Below, in pieces: positions 1 through 9,979 of a DNA stretch of 64,000 bases. Position numbers and translations under genes: made by a program. Under the pieces are notes generated by a model that searched no databases, was not told the origin of the DNA, and saw only the letters and a program-made list of their open reading frames with translations. Source of the stretch: Candidatus Daviesbacteria bacterium (lineage in GTDB: Bacteria; Patescibacteriota; Microgenomatia; Daviesbacterales; UBA10151); assembly GCA_028687915.1 (NCBI GenBank), contig JAQTZF010000001.1, forward strand, positions 101,969 through 165,968, read 5' to 3'. The first letter of the stretch is position 1. Each line of letters opens with the position of its first letter.

Positions 1-898
1 AGTCATAAAGCCTTTTTCTGACTTTACTTTAGCACCGGAAAAATTATTGTAGGGACCAGAAAACTGCTCAAAAGCAGCTTTGATATTAGATAAATGGGCT
101 TTAGCACTGTCTTTACTGGTGCTGGAAGTAACAATCCTGATAGCTACATTAAACCCAGGTTTAGTAATTTTACTTTCTACAGCTTCCAGCTGTCTGGCGT
201 CTGGTGGTGGTTTAGGAGCATCTGGTTTACCTGGTTCTTTTTCTTTTTTAACAAACTTTTTACCTGCATCTTTCCATTCATTACCAGCTGGAGACATAAC
301 CAGCTGAATCACTGCCCCCTCCCCTGCCTGCATTTTAGCTAAAGCAGCTGTTAAAGCAGACAAAGGATCTGTGGGCAAATCCTTATATGTTTTGATGGGA
401 AAATAATCAGCATTTTTTAAAGTATACATAGCGTAAGCTGTTTGGCCATTTTCTGAAAAAATATTATATTCCGGCATCACTTTAATTTCGGCATCAGGAT
501 AGGCTCCATGAACTTGTTTTTCAATTAAATCCTGGAGTGTTTTGGGTACAGAAATATAAAAAGTAATAGATTCATGTAAAGCTACTAACTCAAAAGAAAA
601 ATGTTGTTGTGGGGTAAGATTCATAAATCCACTTGATTTACGAATAGAATAAAGAGTAGAAATTAGTTGTTCTGTTGCATCAATTTTAATCTCATTATCC
701 CGGGTTACAGCCACTTTAATTAATACTGAATCCAGAGAATCTTTCTCCCGGTTCCGATCACGGTACCAAGCGATAAAATACCTACTAAAATAAATTCCAG
801 CTAAAATCAAAGCTGCCAAAATTAATCCCAAAACAATAAACAGGATAAATGCATTAAATAGTTCTGGTATAGATGTTGCGCTGTCGGTTACTTCCATA
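1..898 (-). CDS. Hypothetical membrane-anchored protein, partial (continues beyond the window start). ATG at 896-898 on the minus strand, N-terminal TM helix, then a soluble domain.
   Basis: Minus-strand frame is open from 898 to position 1 and translates as MEVTDSATSIPELFNAFILFIVLGLILAAL... It is absent from the ORF track because no stop lies inside the window. A stop/start 2 nt from the upstream gene fits an operon. Confidence 0.5.
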
Positions 899-900
899 AA

Positions 901-1287
901 TTATGCTGCCCTTTTTTCTTCTCTAATTTTTTGTAAATTAATTACATTATCTGCGTCGCCTTCCCTATCGGTTTCTCCAAACGGAACAAAAGCCACTACA
1001 TTTTTTGTAAATTCTTCCATTTTGCCAGATGGCTTTTCAGTTGCCTGATTTTCCTCAACAGCAGGTGCCCCCACGGCTTCCAATAAAGTATCCACATCAT
1101 TTTGAACCATTTGTTGTTGTACCTCATTAGAAGGAGTTACATTTTGTACCGGGGTTACCAATTGCTTAGCAACTGCCTGCCTGGTTTCATTAATAAGTTG
1201 AGGATGATCCGCACCTGGTTTAAGTGGTGCAGCCAAAGGTTCTTGTTTATTAATAACTGGAACTTCTGGAACAGTGTTGTTTACCAT
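901..1287 (-). CDS. Hypothetical acidic protein, 128 aa.
   Basis: ORF in the same orientation, immediately upstream of the partial membrane-protein gene. No motif recognised. Confidence 0.35.
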   Translation of the reverse strand: MVNNTVPEVPVINKQEPLAAPLKPGADHPQLINETRQAVAKQLVTPVQNVTPSNEVQQQMVQNDVDTLLEAVGAPAVEENQATEKPSGKMEEFTKNVVAFVPFGETDREGDADNVINLQKIREEKRAA

Positions 1288-1319
1288 ATCCCTATTATAT
1301 ATGTAATTTCAAAAAGAAG

Positions 1320-2243
1320 TTAGTCCAGAGTGTCCAGATATTGTTCTACATCCAAAGCAGCTTTGGCACCGGATCCAACAGCTGTTACGATTTGCCTATA
1401 CCTTGGATCAGCTACATCTCCAGCTACAAATACCCCTTTTACTGATGTTTCAGTTTCATTTGTTTTAACCACAAAACCATGTTTATCTAAATCTACCTGG
1501 TCTTTTAAAAAGCCGGTCGCTGGTTTATGCCCAATTGCTATAAAAATACCATCAGCCTCTATTTCCGAGGTTTTACCAGTCTGATTATCTTTTATTTTTA
1601 AGCCAGTAACCTTTTGTTCGCCCAGTATTTCTTCTACTCCTGCATTTAGAATAAATTTAATATTGTCTTTTGCTTTAGCTTGCTGTTGTAAAAGTTCTTG
1701 TGCCCGTAATTCATCACGTCGATGAATAACAGTGACTTCACTGGCAATTTTAGATAAATAAATAGATTCTTTTAGAGCAGTATCTCCTCCACCCACAATA
1801 ACTACTTTTTTACCTTTAAAAAATGGTCCATCACAAACAGCACAAGCTGATACACCCCTACCAATTAATTGTTTTTCTTGAGGCAATCCCAACCATAAGG
1901 GTGAGGAACCGGTAGCAATAATAACAGACAGGGCCTTTAACTTTTTTGTTTTTGTATTAATTAAAAAAGGAGACTTGGTAAAATCTACAGATTCTACTTC
2001 TTCATTAATAAATCTGGTGTTAAACCTCTCTGCCTGTTTCCAAAATAAGTGTGCCAAGTCTGGTGCATTAATGCCATCGGGAAATCCTGGATAATCATCA
2101 ATGTCTGTTGCGAGTGTTGGTTGTCCACCAGGAGTATTACCTGCAATAATTAAGGGCTTTAGTTCACCACGAGCCGCATAAATGGCGGCAGAAAGACCTG
2201 CCGGTCCGGAACCGATAATAATAAGCTTTTCAATCTCTTCCAT
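1320..2243 (-). CDS. trxB: Thioredoxin-disulfide reductase.
   Basis: FAD-binding GSGPAG near the N-terminus, redox-active CAVCD, second Rossmann motif VVIVGGGDTA and a length of 307 aa, all typical of low-Mr TrxR. Confidence 0.9.
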   Translation of the reverse strand: MEEIEKLIIIGSGPAGLSAAIYAARGELKPLIIAGNTPGGQPTLATDIDDYPGFPDGINAPDLAHLFWKQAERFNTRFINEEVESVDFTKSPFLINTKTKKLKALSVIIATGSSPLWLGLPQEKQLIGRGVSACAVCDGPFFKGKKVVIVGGGDTALKESIYLSKIASEVTVIHRRDELRAQELLQQQAKAKDNIKFILNAGVEEILGEQKVTGLKIKDNQTGKTSEIEADGIFIAIGHKPATGFLKDQVDLDKHGFVVKTNETETSVKGVFVAGDVADPRYRQIVTAVGSGAKAALDVEQYLDTLD

Positions 2244-2250
2244 ATAAAAA

Positions 2251-2508
2251 TTACCTTGCTTTAGTGCCTGCTGGTGTTGAGGTTTTAGCTTTTGTTACTG
2301 TTGGACTAAGTTTTCCACTAGGTGTAGCTGTCGCTGAAGGACTGGCAACCTGAGTAGGAGTTGGTGTGTTAGTTATTGTCACCTCAGGAGTTGGTGTCAC
2401 AGTAACCTGGTTAGTTGTATTTTGAAATCGGCCTCGCAACCATAATAAATAGCCTGCCATTAAAAGAATAATTAAAACAACGATCAGTATTGTTACATTA
2501 CGATTCAT
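2251..2508 (-). CDS. Small membrane-anchored protein with a Thr/Pro-rich tail.
   Basis: N-terminal TM helix followed by a TP-rich low-complexity region. Strong RBS GGAGGTGAG lies 5 nt upstream of the ATG. Confidence 0.4.
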   Translation of the reverse strand: MNRNVTILIVVLIILLMAGYLLWLRGRFQNTTNQVTVTPTPEVTITNTPTPTQVASPSATATPSGKLSPTVTKAKTSTPAGTKAR

Positions 2509-2613
2509 GTGGACTCACCTCCATCTTGGCAGCAGATGCATTCATTCTAACCATTCATTATCAATAGAGCAATACCTTGTACCTCTTTACATGCCATGTT
2601 AATATAGGTAGAC

Positions 2614-3048
2614 ATGAAAAGCTGGCAAATAATTGTCGCAGTTATCGTAGTCATCCTGGTAGGTTACTTTTTTTTACTATCCAGATCCTCCAATCCATCC
2701 CTTAACCAGTCTTCAAATACGAATTCTGATTCTTTAATTTATTATTGGTCACTAACCTGTCCTCATTGTAAAAATGTGGCAGCCTTTTTAGACACCTGGC
2801 CAAATACCAGTAAGCTTAAACTGGACAAAAGAGAAGTCTCTGAAAACCGTACCAATCAAGCGTTATTCAATGAGGCAGGAGTAAAATGTAATATTCCGCG
2901 AGATCAAATGGGAGTGCCTTTACTTATTACCCCGGATAATAAATGTATTACAGGTGATCAACCTGTAATTGAATATTTTAAAAGCCTTTTTCCGGAAAGC
3001 TCAACTTCAGCTACGCCAACATCAACAAAGTCAGGGCAACCATTATGA
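2614..3048 (+). CDS. Membrane-anchored thioredoxin-fold thiol-disulfide oxidoreductase (CPHC active site).
   Basis: N-terminal TM helix, then WSLTCPHCKN. This W-x-x-C-P-H-C context is typical of DsbA/thioredoxin-like proteins. Confidence 0.6.
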   Translation: MKSWQIIVAVIVVILVGYFFLLSRSSNPSLNQSSNTNSDSLIYYWSLTCPHCKNVAAFLDTWPNTSKLKLDKREVSENRTNQALFNEAGVKCNIPRDQMGVPLLITPDNKCITGDQPVIEYFKSLFPESSTSATPTSTKSGQPL

Positions 3049-3569
3049 AAAAGATAGTTACATCTGTTTCAACTTTTTCCTTTTTACTCCTAACTTATCT
3101 TTTTGTTGCCCTTCCTGCTAAAGCAGTCTGTCCTGTTTGCACTATAGCTGTTGGGGCAGGGCTTGGTTTATCCAGATATTTTGGTATCGATGATTCCCTT
3201 TCAGGAATCTGGGTGGGAGGGTTAATTTTATCAACAGCCCTTTGGACAGCAGATTGGTTACACAAAAGAGGTTTAAAGATAAAAATCAGAGTTATTAACA
3301 TTATCTCTGTGATAGCTTTTTATGCTTTAACCATCATCCCGCTTTATTATTCAGGAATAATTGGCCACCCCTATAACACAATTTATGGTATGGATAAGTT
3401 ATTATTTGGAACAATTATTGGTTCCCTTGTTTTTATTTTAGGAATTAATTTAGATAAGTTAGCCAGAAAGAAATACGGCAGACAGTTTTTTGTCTATCAA
3501 AAAGTTGTTTTTCCTGTTGTTTCATTAATTACTGTAACTTTAATTTTATATCTGGCAATTAATAAATAA
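3045..3569 (+). CDS. Polytopic membrane protein with an N-proximal CPVC motif; possible redox partner of the upstream Trx-fold protein.
   Basis: Signal/TM helix followed by AVCPVCTIAVGAGLG and at least four hydrophobic helices. Start overlaps the upstream stop (ATGA). Confidence 0.4.
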   Translation: MKKIVTSVSTFSFLLLTYLFVALPAKAVCPVCTIAVGAGLGLSRYFGIDDSLSGIWVGGLILSTALWTADWLHKRGLKIKIRVINIISVIAFYALTIIPLYYSGIIGHPYNTIYGMDKLLFGTIIGSLVFILGINLDKLARKKYGRQFFVYQKVVFPVVSLITVTLILYLAINK

Positions 3570-3571
3570 GT

Positions 3572-4111
3572 ATGAGTAAATCAGATGATGTTAAAAAATT
3601 ACTCCAAAAGGTCGAAGGTGTAACTAAAGAAAAAAAGTTAGACCTTTCTTCAGATGAAGATTTATCGATTGCTATTATGAATCTAATCTCTATTGAGGAG
3701 CATTTATTCTTTACCTCTCAAAAAACAGGCAAATCTTCTTATTTAGATCTTTTAAATGAGGTAAGATCCATGCGGAAAGACCTGCTTAAAGAAATTATTA
3801 AAGATTACGAAGGTGAAGTTTGGTGTATTTCTAAGCATTTACTGGCTTCATCAATGAGGTTAATGGAAGTAGGAACCAAAGAACTTGGCAAAGGTGATAA
3901 GAAGAAGGCTGAAAGTTTATTTACCAAAGCTTATAACCTCTACTCTCTTTTTTGGGGCATTAATTTAAATATAGTTAAAACTGATTCAGTCAAAAGAAAT
4001 GATACAGAAATTAATTTTTTAGATGAGAAAGCAAATACAAAAACATCTACTTCAATTTTTGATAAATTAGGGGAAGTTGTGAAGAAGGCAGTCGACTGCT
4101 GCCGTGAATAA
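3572..4111 (+). CDS. Hypothetical protein, 179 aa.
   Basis: ORF 2 nt downstream of the previous gene. No recognisable motif. Confidence 0.35.
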   Translation: MSKSDDVKKLLQKVEGVTKEKKLDLSSDEDLSIAIMNLISIEEHLFFTSQKTGKSSYLDLLNEVRSMRKDLLKEIIKDYEGEVWCISKHLLASSMRLMEVGTKELGKGDKKKAESLFTKAYNLYSLFWGINLNIVKTDSVKRNDTEINFLDEKANTKTSTSIFDKLGEVVKKAVDCCRE

Positions 4112-4150
4112 CTCCCTCTTTACTATCCTATAATATAGGTATATAATCAA

Positions 4151-4975
4151 TTGCTAATGAACGATTATCTGTCTACAGGTAACTCTGCAAATACATTAGA
4201 AGCTCCTACAAATGGCGCTGACACTCTCGGCTTAACATCTACAAACACTAAAACTTCTTTGAAAACAAGAGTACAAGCATTTGAAGCTGCCCATTTTATA
4301 GGAGATAAAGACCGGGAAGAAACAGAATTCCATCCTTTCTTACTGGAATGGGCTTCCAGACTACCAAAATCATCTTTGGGTTTTATTGACGTAGCGGCAG
4401 GCGCAGGTTTTGAAGCAAGACTACTCGCTAATAATGGTTATCCATGTATTGCCCAAGACCCTTCGGAGGAGGTGGCTAGAATCAGCAAACATCAAGTAAC
4501 TAGAGTAGGTAAGGCAGAAGAGCTTGAATTTAAAGATGCCTCTTTTTCAGGAGTGTTGATGAAAGATTCTTGGATGTTTCTTTCTCCTGAACAAAAACAG
4601 ATATTTATGACTGAGGCTTTTCGGGTTTTAGTTCCTGGAGGTTCTGTATTGCTTCAGTCCCAAAGAGAAGATGCCCACAGAGCTTGGTACATGCCAAATA
4701 AATCTGACATTATTCAAAAATTATCAAGTTTTGATTTTTTAAAATATGGCGACAGCTGGTATGAAAAATGGCTGGAAGCAGTAGTTGACCTGCAAAAAGA
4801 AGGCGAAATTTATATTATAGAATATAGCTGTATGCCAAATGATACTGAGAATTTAGCAAATCAAGCAGGTCTTTTAAGAAAAAATCTTACTGAATACGGC
4901 TGGAATCATCCTTTAGCGGTCAAAAACAGATGGGAAAGATCAGGCGGTTTTATTATTGAACTTCAGAAACCTTAA
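4151..4975 (+). CDS. Class I SAM-dependent methyltransferase.
   Basis: Motif I-like IDVAAGAGFEA and a downstream acidic post-I residue, in a Rossmann-fold arrangement. Confidence 0.55.
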   Translation: MLMNDYLSTGNSANTLEAPTNGADTLGLTSTNTKTSLKTRVQAFEAAHFIGDKDREETEFHPFLLEWASRLPKSSLGFIDVAAGAGFEARLLANNGYPCIAQDPSEEVARISKHQVTRVGKAEELEFKDASFSGVLMKDSWMFLSPEQKQIFMTEAFRVLVPGGSVLLQSQREDAHRAWYMPNKSDIIQKLSSFDFLKYGDSWYEKWLEAVVDLQKEGEIYIIEYSCMPNDTENLANQAGLLRKNLTEYGWNHPLAVKNRWERSGGFIIELQKP

Positions 4976-5270
4976 GCATTGTTAGAAGCATTTTGAATCT
5001 TTTTACTGCTTTTAAAGCATGGGGGTGATTTGCAGGCATATGAATAATCTCCCCTGCTGAAACTTTATTAACTTTTCCTGAAATAGTAATCTCTGCTTCC
5101 CCATCAACAACTTGGACTAAAGCTTCAAAGGGTGTGCTGTGTTCACTTAAACCTTGCCCTTCATCAAAAGCAAACAAAGTTATAGTACCAGAGTCGGTTT
5201 TTAAAATTTCCTTACTAACCACAGCATCTTTTTGATATTCAATAGCTTCTACCAAATTCACTGAATTCAT
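4953..5270 (-). CDS. Cupin-domain protein.
   Basis: Small beta-barrel protein with the HMPANHPHAL metal-binding-type motif characteristic of cupins. Confidence 0.5.
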   Translation of the reverse strand: MNSVNLVEAIEYQKDAVVSKEILKTDSGTITLFAFDEGQGLSEHSTPFEALVQVVDGEAEITISGKVNKVSAGEIIHMPANHPHALKAVKRFKMLLTMLKVSEVQ

Positions 5271-5551
5271 TCTTGTAACTTTTTTTCCTGAGGTTGATCT
5301 AGTTGAGGAACTCTTTTAATTGTTACTGTTTGCTCATCATGATTAATGATAATTGTTGCAATCAACCTGTCACCTGGCATTGGTACTGGCTCTTCAGGAT
5401 GATAAGGCTGACGATAAATTTTTTCACCAGTTTCACTAGTATAGTATCCTGTTGCCATCATCCTTCTAAATTGATCAATCGCTCTTCTAGTATTAACCGG
5501 CCCTTTTTTTATTTCTGGTTCTCCTAAGATTTTTTCACCTTCACAGCTCAT
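5267..5551 (-). CDS. Hypothetical protein, 94 aa.
   Basis: ORF overlapping the downstream cupin gene by 4 nt in an operonic arrangement. Confidence 0.35.
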   Translation of the reverse strand: MSCEGEKILGEPEIKKGPVNTRRAIDQFRRMMATGYYTSETGEKIYRQPYHPEEPVPMPGDRLIATIIINHDEQTVTIKRVPQLDQPQEKKLQE

Positions 5552-5593
5552 AAGTATTTATGTTTTATCACAATCAAAATAATTTAACAAATA

Positions 5594-5917
5594 TTAATCC
5601 TCTACTTTTTCTATTCTTTTAATATTCTTTAAACCCATAAAAAGCATAAATATAAGCACAATTTTGGATAAATAATTACCATTTGGGTCTAACAACATTT
5701 TCATAAATGGTGAATGAACCTGAAAAATAAGATGGAAAATTATACCAATTGGTAAAGTTAGCCATAACCAACTGGATCTGGGAACAGATAGATTAAACTT
5801 AGCAAAAAGCCTAGAGAGTAAAGGAGAAACCAAAAAAATACCCACATAAGCTGTTAAAGTATCAAAAATAGTAAATGGTCCAATTCTAAATTGCCTTAAA
5901 TAACCGATAATATCCAT
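5594..5917 (-). CDS. Small integral membrane protein.
   Basis: Three predicted hydrophobic helices across 107 aa. Confidence 0.4.
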   Translation of the reverse strand: MDIIGYLRQFRIGPFTIFDTLTAYVGIFLVSPLLSRLFAKFNLSVPRSSWLWLTLPIGIIFHLIFQVHSPFMKMLLDPNGNYLSKIVLIFMLFMGLKNIKRIEKVED

Positions 5918-6011
5918 TACTAATTAAAAACAAATATTAAATGTAAAAACTGATAAATCACTAATAGAAGTATACTACAATAATTGCTTAAATTTTTAGT
6001 TTTGGATATAT

Positions 6012-6767
6012 TTGGATGATATGAATCAACAAGAAATTATTATAGGTATTATTGGAGGAAGTGGTTTGGATGATCCCAAAATTTTAGAAAAACCAATAAC
6101 AAAAATAATAAATACTCCGTATGGAAAGCCATCTGATAAATTAACCATTGGTAAAATATCCAATAAAAAAGTAGTAATTTTACCAAGACATAATAAAAAA
6201 CATACCCTTAATCCAACCAATGTTCCCTATCAAGCCAATATTTGGGCTTTAAAGCAAGCTGGATGCACTCATATCCTGGCAACCACTGCCTGTGGTTCAC
6301 TAAAAGAAGAATTTACTCCGGGAGAATTAGTTTTTCCGGATCAATTTATTGATTTTACAAAACTTCGCAACTTAACTTTTTTTCATAATAAAGTGATCCA
6401 TACTGCCATGGCCCAACCCTTTGATGAAAAATTAAGACAAAAACTTGCCCAAACAGCAAAACAACTTAAGATAAAATATCATGCCTCAGGCACTATTGTA
6501 ACTATTGAAGGACCTCGATTTTCCACCATTGCTGAATCAAAAATGTTTCAGTTACTGGGAGCAGATCTTATTAATATGTCCACTGTTCCAGAGGTTATCC
6601 TGGCTGCTGAGCTGGCAATTCCCTACCAGTCTATCGCGATGGTAACAGATTATGATTGCTGGAAAAAAGGAGAGGTACCGGTTTCTTTTGAAATGATTTT
6701 AGAGAGAATGAAAGAGAACTCAGAAAAAGTTAAAAAATTATTAACTGAGGTGGTTAAAGCTATTTAG
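6012..6767 (+). CDS. mtnP: S-methyl-5'-thioadenosine phosphorylase (PNP/MTAP family).
   Basis: IGIIGGSGL N-terminus, the THILATTACGSL phosphate/ribose-binding segment, and a length of 251 aa typical of MTAP. Confidence 0.75.
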   Translation: MDDMNQQEIIIGIIGGSGLDDPKILEKPITKIINTPYGKPSDKLTIGKISNKKVVILPRHNKKHTLNPTNVPYQANIWALKQAGCTHILATTACGSLKEEFTPGELVFPDQFIDFTKLRNLTFFHNKVIHTAMAQPFDEKLRQKLAQTAKQLKIKYHASGTIVTIEGPRFSTIAESKMFQLLGADLINMSTVPEVILAAELAIPYQSIAMVTDYDCWKKGEVPVSFEMILERMKENSEKVKKLLTEVVKAI

Positions 6768-6780
6768 TTATATAGATTTT

Positions 6781-6927
6781 CTAAAATCTTATCAACCCTA
6801 ACCCGATAATTCCAATAAGAATAAGATAAAGTGCTATTAAATAATTAAGAATTTTTGGAAATATCAGGATTAATATCCCAAAGAGAATCGATGTCATGGG
6901 ACTTAAGTTCGCTACAGAAAAAGTCAT
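6781..6927 (-). CDS. DUF3096-like small membrane protein (48 aa); not in the ORF track because it is under 60 aa.
   Basis: Minus-strand ORF translating as MTFSVANLSPMTSILFGILILIFPKILNYLIALYLILIGIIGLGLIRF, preceded by the RBS GAGGGGGTGAG. The sequence pattern matches the DUF3096 family as I recall it. Confidence 0.5.
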   Translation of the reverse strand: MTFSVANLSPMTSILFGILILIFPKILNYLIALYLILIGIIGLGLIRF

Positions 6928-6982
6928 TTTCTCACCCCCTCTAGCTTCTGATATAATATATTAATAGCAGAAATGTGAAGGT

Positions 6983-7252
6983 ATGGTCAGTGATAACTGG
7001 TCCAAAAAAGTAACAGAAATAAGCAATGCTTTAGATTTAGAAAAGAATGTCTTTACCTGGAATAATCCAAAAAAAATTGCCCAAAGCCTTAAAAATTCTG
7101 CGGAAGCCAGCACCAGAAGAAAAGGCACACCCCTCCAATCTGCCATGAGTATGCTTAATTTCTATATAAATAGAGCTGGAAAAAACCTACCTGTAAACAG
7201 AAAAAATATTTTAGAACAAACTAAAGAAGAACTTAGAAAATTATTCCAATAA
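6983..7252 (+). CDS. DUF3175-like protein.
   Basis: An 89-aa protein carrying the SAMSMLNFYINRAGKNL motif that is conserved in DUF3175 proteins (from recall). Confidence 0.5.
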   Translation: MVSDNWSKKVTEISNALDLEKNVFTWNNPKKIAQSLKNSAEASTRRKGTPLQSAMSMLNFYINRAGKNLPVNRKNILEQTKEELRKLFQ

Positions 7253-7259
7253 TCATAAT

Positions 7260-7532
7260 TTAAATACATAAAAAACTTCCACAAGGTAGGTCACCATCCA
7301 GATACCATTTGTTTTCAAATTTTACAATTTTAATAGTTTGACCCGTCTTTACCTTACAAATACCAAAATCATCACCTTTTTGTAATAACTCTGTACACCC
7401 TCTAAAAGCATAGTAGTTTTCAAATGTTTCATGAGCAACCCTTACTACTTTTACTTGATTGATAATAATCAGGGTGAGTAATAGACCTGCTATCACAATA
7501 ATCAGGGTTACCCTTCTTGTGAAGAACTTCAT
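7260..7532 (-). CDS. Small secreted or membrane-anchored Cys-containing protein.
   Basis: N-terminal hydrophobic helix and four Cys residues across 90 aa. Confidence 0.35.
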   Translation of the reverse strand: MKFFTRRVTLIIVIAGLLLTLIIINQVKVVRVAHETFENYYAFRGCTELLQKGDDFGICKVKTGQTIKIVKFENKWYLDGDLPCGSFLCI

Positions 7533-7632
7533 GTAGTAATTTTACATGATATTAATATAAATATTAAAGGCTTTGTAATAAATATTACAGCTAATTATAA
7601 GAACTTGGTATATATTTAGCTTGAAATAAGTT

Positions 7633-8034
7633 ATGGAACAGGACGAGGCTAGAGTGGAAACAGAAGAAGTTAGAACAACAGAATATCCATCTCAAAAAGG
7701 TTATGTAACTCAAAAAATAATTTTCTCCCCTTATGACATAGTCTGGTATTTATTAAGTATTCTTGAACTTTTACTAATTTTTAGGATATTACTAAAATTC
7801 GTGGGAGCTGATCCTATCAGTTTATTTACCAGCTCTGTTTATACTACTAGTGATTTCTTTGCCCTACCCTTCTCCGGCATAATTTCCTCGTCTATAGCAG
7901 GAAAATCTATCATGGAATGGTCTACTTTTGTTGCAATGGCTGTTTATTGGGTAGTGATTTGGTTAATTATCGAATTCTTTCAACTAGTCAAACCAATTGA
8001 GGCGCAAGATATGGAACAAACAGCATATAGTTAG
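7633..8034 (+). CDS. YggT-family membrane protein.
   Basis: Two TM segments with the FRILLKFVGADP pattern seen in the YggT (Ycf19) family. Confidence 0.45.
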   Translation: MEQDEARVETEEVRTTEYPSQKGYVTQKIIFSPYDIVWYLLSILELLLIFRILLKFVGADPISLFTSSVYTTSDFFALPFSGIISSSIAGKSIMEWSTFVAMAVYWVVIWLIIEFFQLVKPIEAQDMEQTAYS

Positions 8035-8055
8035 AAAATTAATACAGGTAAGGGG

Positions 8056-8325
8056 GTGAGAAAAATGGGATTAATATTATTTGTCGTATTGGGCGCAATA
8101 GCAGGATGGATCGCATCTATGGTTGCCGGAACTAATCAGGAACAAGGAACATTATCCGATATTGTCTTAGGAATTGTGGGTGCACTGGTGGGAGGATTCA
8201 TAATGAACTTCTTTGGTCAAACAGGGGTAACTGGATTTAACTTTTACAGCCTTTTTGTTGCAGTACTCGGTGCAGTAGTTTTGTTATATGTAGTGAGATT
8301 ATTCCAACGACCTCACTTAGGATAA
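8056..8325 (+). CDS. GlsB/YeaQ/YmgE-family stress-response membrane protein (transglycosylase-associated protein).
   Basis: The stretch GLILFVVLGAIAGWIASMV...IVLGIVGALVGGFIMNFFG is characteristic of this family. Confidence 0.75.
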   Translation: MRKMGLILFVVLGAIAGWIASMVAGTNQEQGTLSDIVLGIVGALVGGFIMNFFGQTGVTGFNFYSLFVAVLGAVVLLYVVRLFQRPHLG

Positions 8326-8527
8326 AAATAGAAAGATAAAAAAGTCTACCGTATTCTCAAAAAGAGCGATAGAAATATGGAAGCGGCGTAAAACGCCTTA
8401 TTCAGATTGAATACTTTAAACATATAAGTAGTAAGTTAGCTATTAAATTTCTTCATTAAAAATTACCCACTTGCCAAGCAGGTTATAATTACTCAGTATA
8501 GTTTTTATATAGTTTTTTTTAAAATAT

Positions 8528-9979
8528 ATGGCAATCGAAATTACACAACCTATTATTGATAGTGCGTCAGATTCATTTTCTCTTATCGTGGAAAAAACAT
8601 TTAACCTATTTGACCCTCAGTTTGGTTTCTTACGTGCAAGCGGTGAAGGTGGTACCTTTGCCCGTCCGTTTGGCCGTGACACCATGATGAGCGCATTACA
8701 CCTCACCAGGGCTCATGAATTAAACCCTGCTCTCCCTGTAGATCAAATTTTCCCTGCCGTAGCTTTTATCCTCCTTCACACTCCTGAAATAGATATTCCT
8801 GAAGCAGGTATCTACAGAGGAAAACCTCCACACGAAATGGGTACCAAAGACCAGGGATTTCCAGAAAGATTTGGTTGTATTGATGAAGCAGGTTTTGGAA
8901 TCTGTTGTGACAGTGCAGATGGAGCAGACAGAACATTACTAACAATTTTTGATCTTGAAGAAAGATTTCCCCATCACTTACAAACAGCAATTAATCAGCT
9001 AGCAGTAAAATTTAATAAACCCAGCCACGAAGTTAATTATTATGTTGAAATGATAACTGAATGGGCAATAAAGAATACCCAGGAATTTGAAGGATCTGCT
9101 TTTATTGGAGCTATGTATGATCCTAAAAGAAACAATATAGAACACAGAGGATTAAATAAACAATTCTGGCGTGATAGTGAATTTTCTGTTACCAAAGAAG
9201 ATGGAAGTGATTTAACCCACCCTCTTTATACAGCAGAAGAACAAGCATTGCGTTGGTCTGCTCTTTTAAGAGCTGGTAAATTTTTGGGTGAGAAAAACCC
9301 AGATCTTGCTGCTAAAGCATTAAAAGCCGCAAAACTCACAAAAGAAAAGTTTAACCAAAGATTTCCTTATAAGTATGAAGATAGAACGGATGAGTCCACT
9401 ATAACAGGTACATACATTGCCAGTGCAATTGATGCAACAGGCTATCAAGTGCGTGACGTTACTTGTGATGAAATTACACTTCTCTCTCATGTTGTAGATG
9501 GTGAATATTTTATTACAGATCCAGAATTACGCAGGGATATTATCATGAGATCTTATCGAAGATTATTTGATGAATTAGGAGGCTTTAGAACAATCGATAG
9601 AAATAACCATCCACAAAATATCTATCATGGCCCTAACTCGATTTGGCCACATCGTCAGGCAGATATTGTCTATGCCATAGAAACAGAAGCACAAAGAATT
9701 AAAGACGAGAATCCATTTTGGTATAACGAATATAAGAAGCTAACTGAACAAGTAGCTGTTGCAGCTTTAAGACCGCTTACTCACTATAACGATCCAATAG
9801 AATTGGTCATAATCACAGCTGGTGAATATGATCTTTTTAGAACTTATTGTGAAGATTTTGATCGTCAACAAGAAAGTTCAAGGGTACAAGCTTTTAGTGG
9901 ATTTTCTGCTTTATATTTGAATGAATACCTGAGCAATAAATACCAAATTGAAGAGTTAGATGCCTTAGTTTGTGTGTAA
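8528..9979 (+). CDS. Hypothetical enzyme, possibly an (alpha/alpha)6-barrel glycoside-hydrolase-like protein.
   Basis: A 483-aa soluble protein. The FGRDTMMSALHL segment resembles the GRD motif of GDE_C/GH15-type barrels, but the assignment is weak. Confidence 0.3.
   Translation: MAIEITQPIIDSASDSFSLIVEKTFNLFDPQFGFLRASGEGGTFARPFGRDTMMSALHLTRAHELNPALPVDQIFPAVAFILLHTPEIDIPEAGIYRGKPPHEMGTKDQGFPERFGCIDEAGFGICCDSADGADRTLLTIFDLEERFPHHLQTAINQLAVKFNKPSHEVNYYVEMITEWAIKNTQEFEGSAFIGAMYDPKRNNIEHRGLNKQFWRDSEFSVTKEDGSDLTHPLYTAEEQALRWSALLRAGKFLGEKNPDLAAKALKAAKLTKEKFNQRFPYKYEDRTDESTITGTYIASAIDATGYQVRDVTCDEITLLSHVVDGEYFITDPELRRDIIMRSYRRLFDELGGFRTIDRNNHPQNIYHGPNSIWPHRQADIVYAIETEAQRIKDENPFWYNEYKKLTEQVAVAALRPLTHYNDPIELVIITAGEYDLFRTYCEDFDRQQESSRVQAFSGFSALYLNEYLSNKYQIEELDALVCV

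Noticed and set aside
80-342. Two overlapping plus-strand ORFs (75 and 82 aa).
   Set aside because: They are antisense to the long open minus-strand frame of the partial membrane-protein gene. Their composition is low-complexity, so they are likely shadow ORFs.
8430-8527. Sigma-70-like promoter (TTGCCA ... TATAAT) upstream of the 483-aa gene.
   Set aside because: The spacing between the candidate -35 and -10 hexamers is 7 nt or otherwise non-canonical depending on the hexamer chosen. This is too uncertain to annotate.
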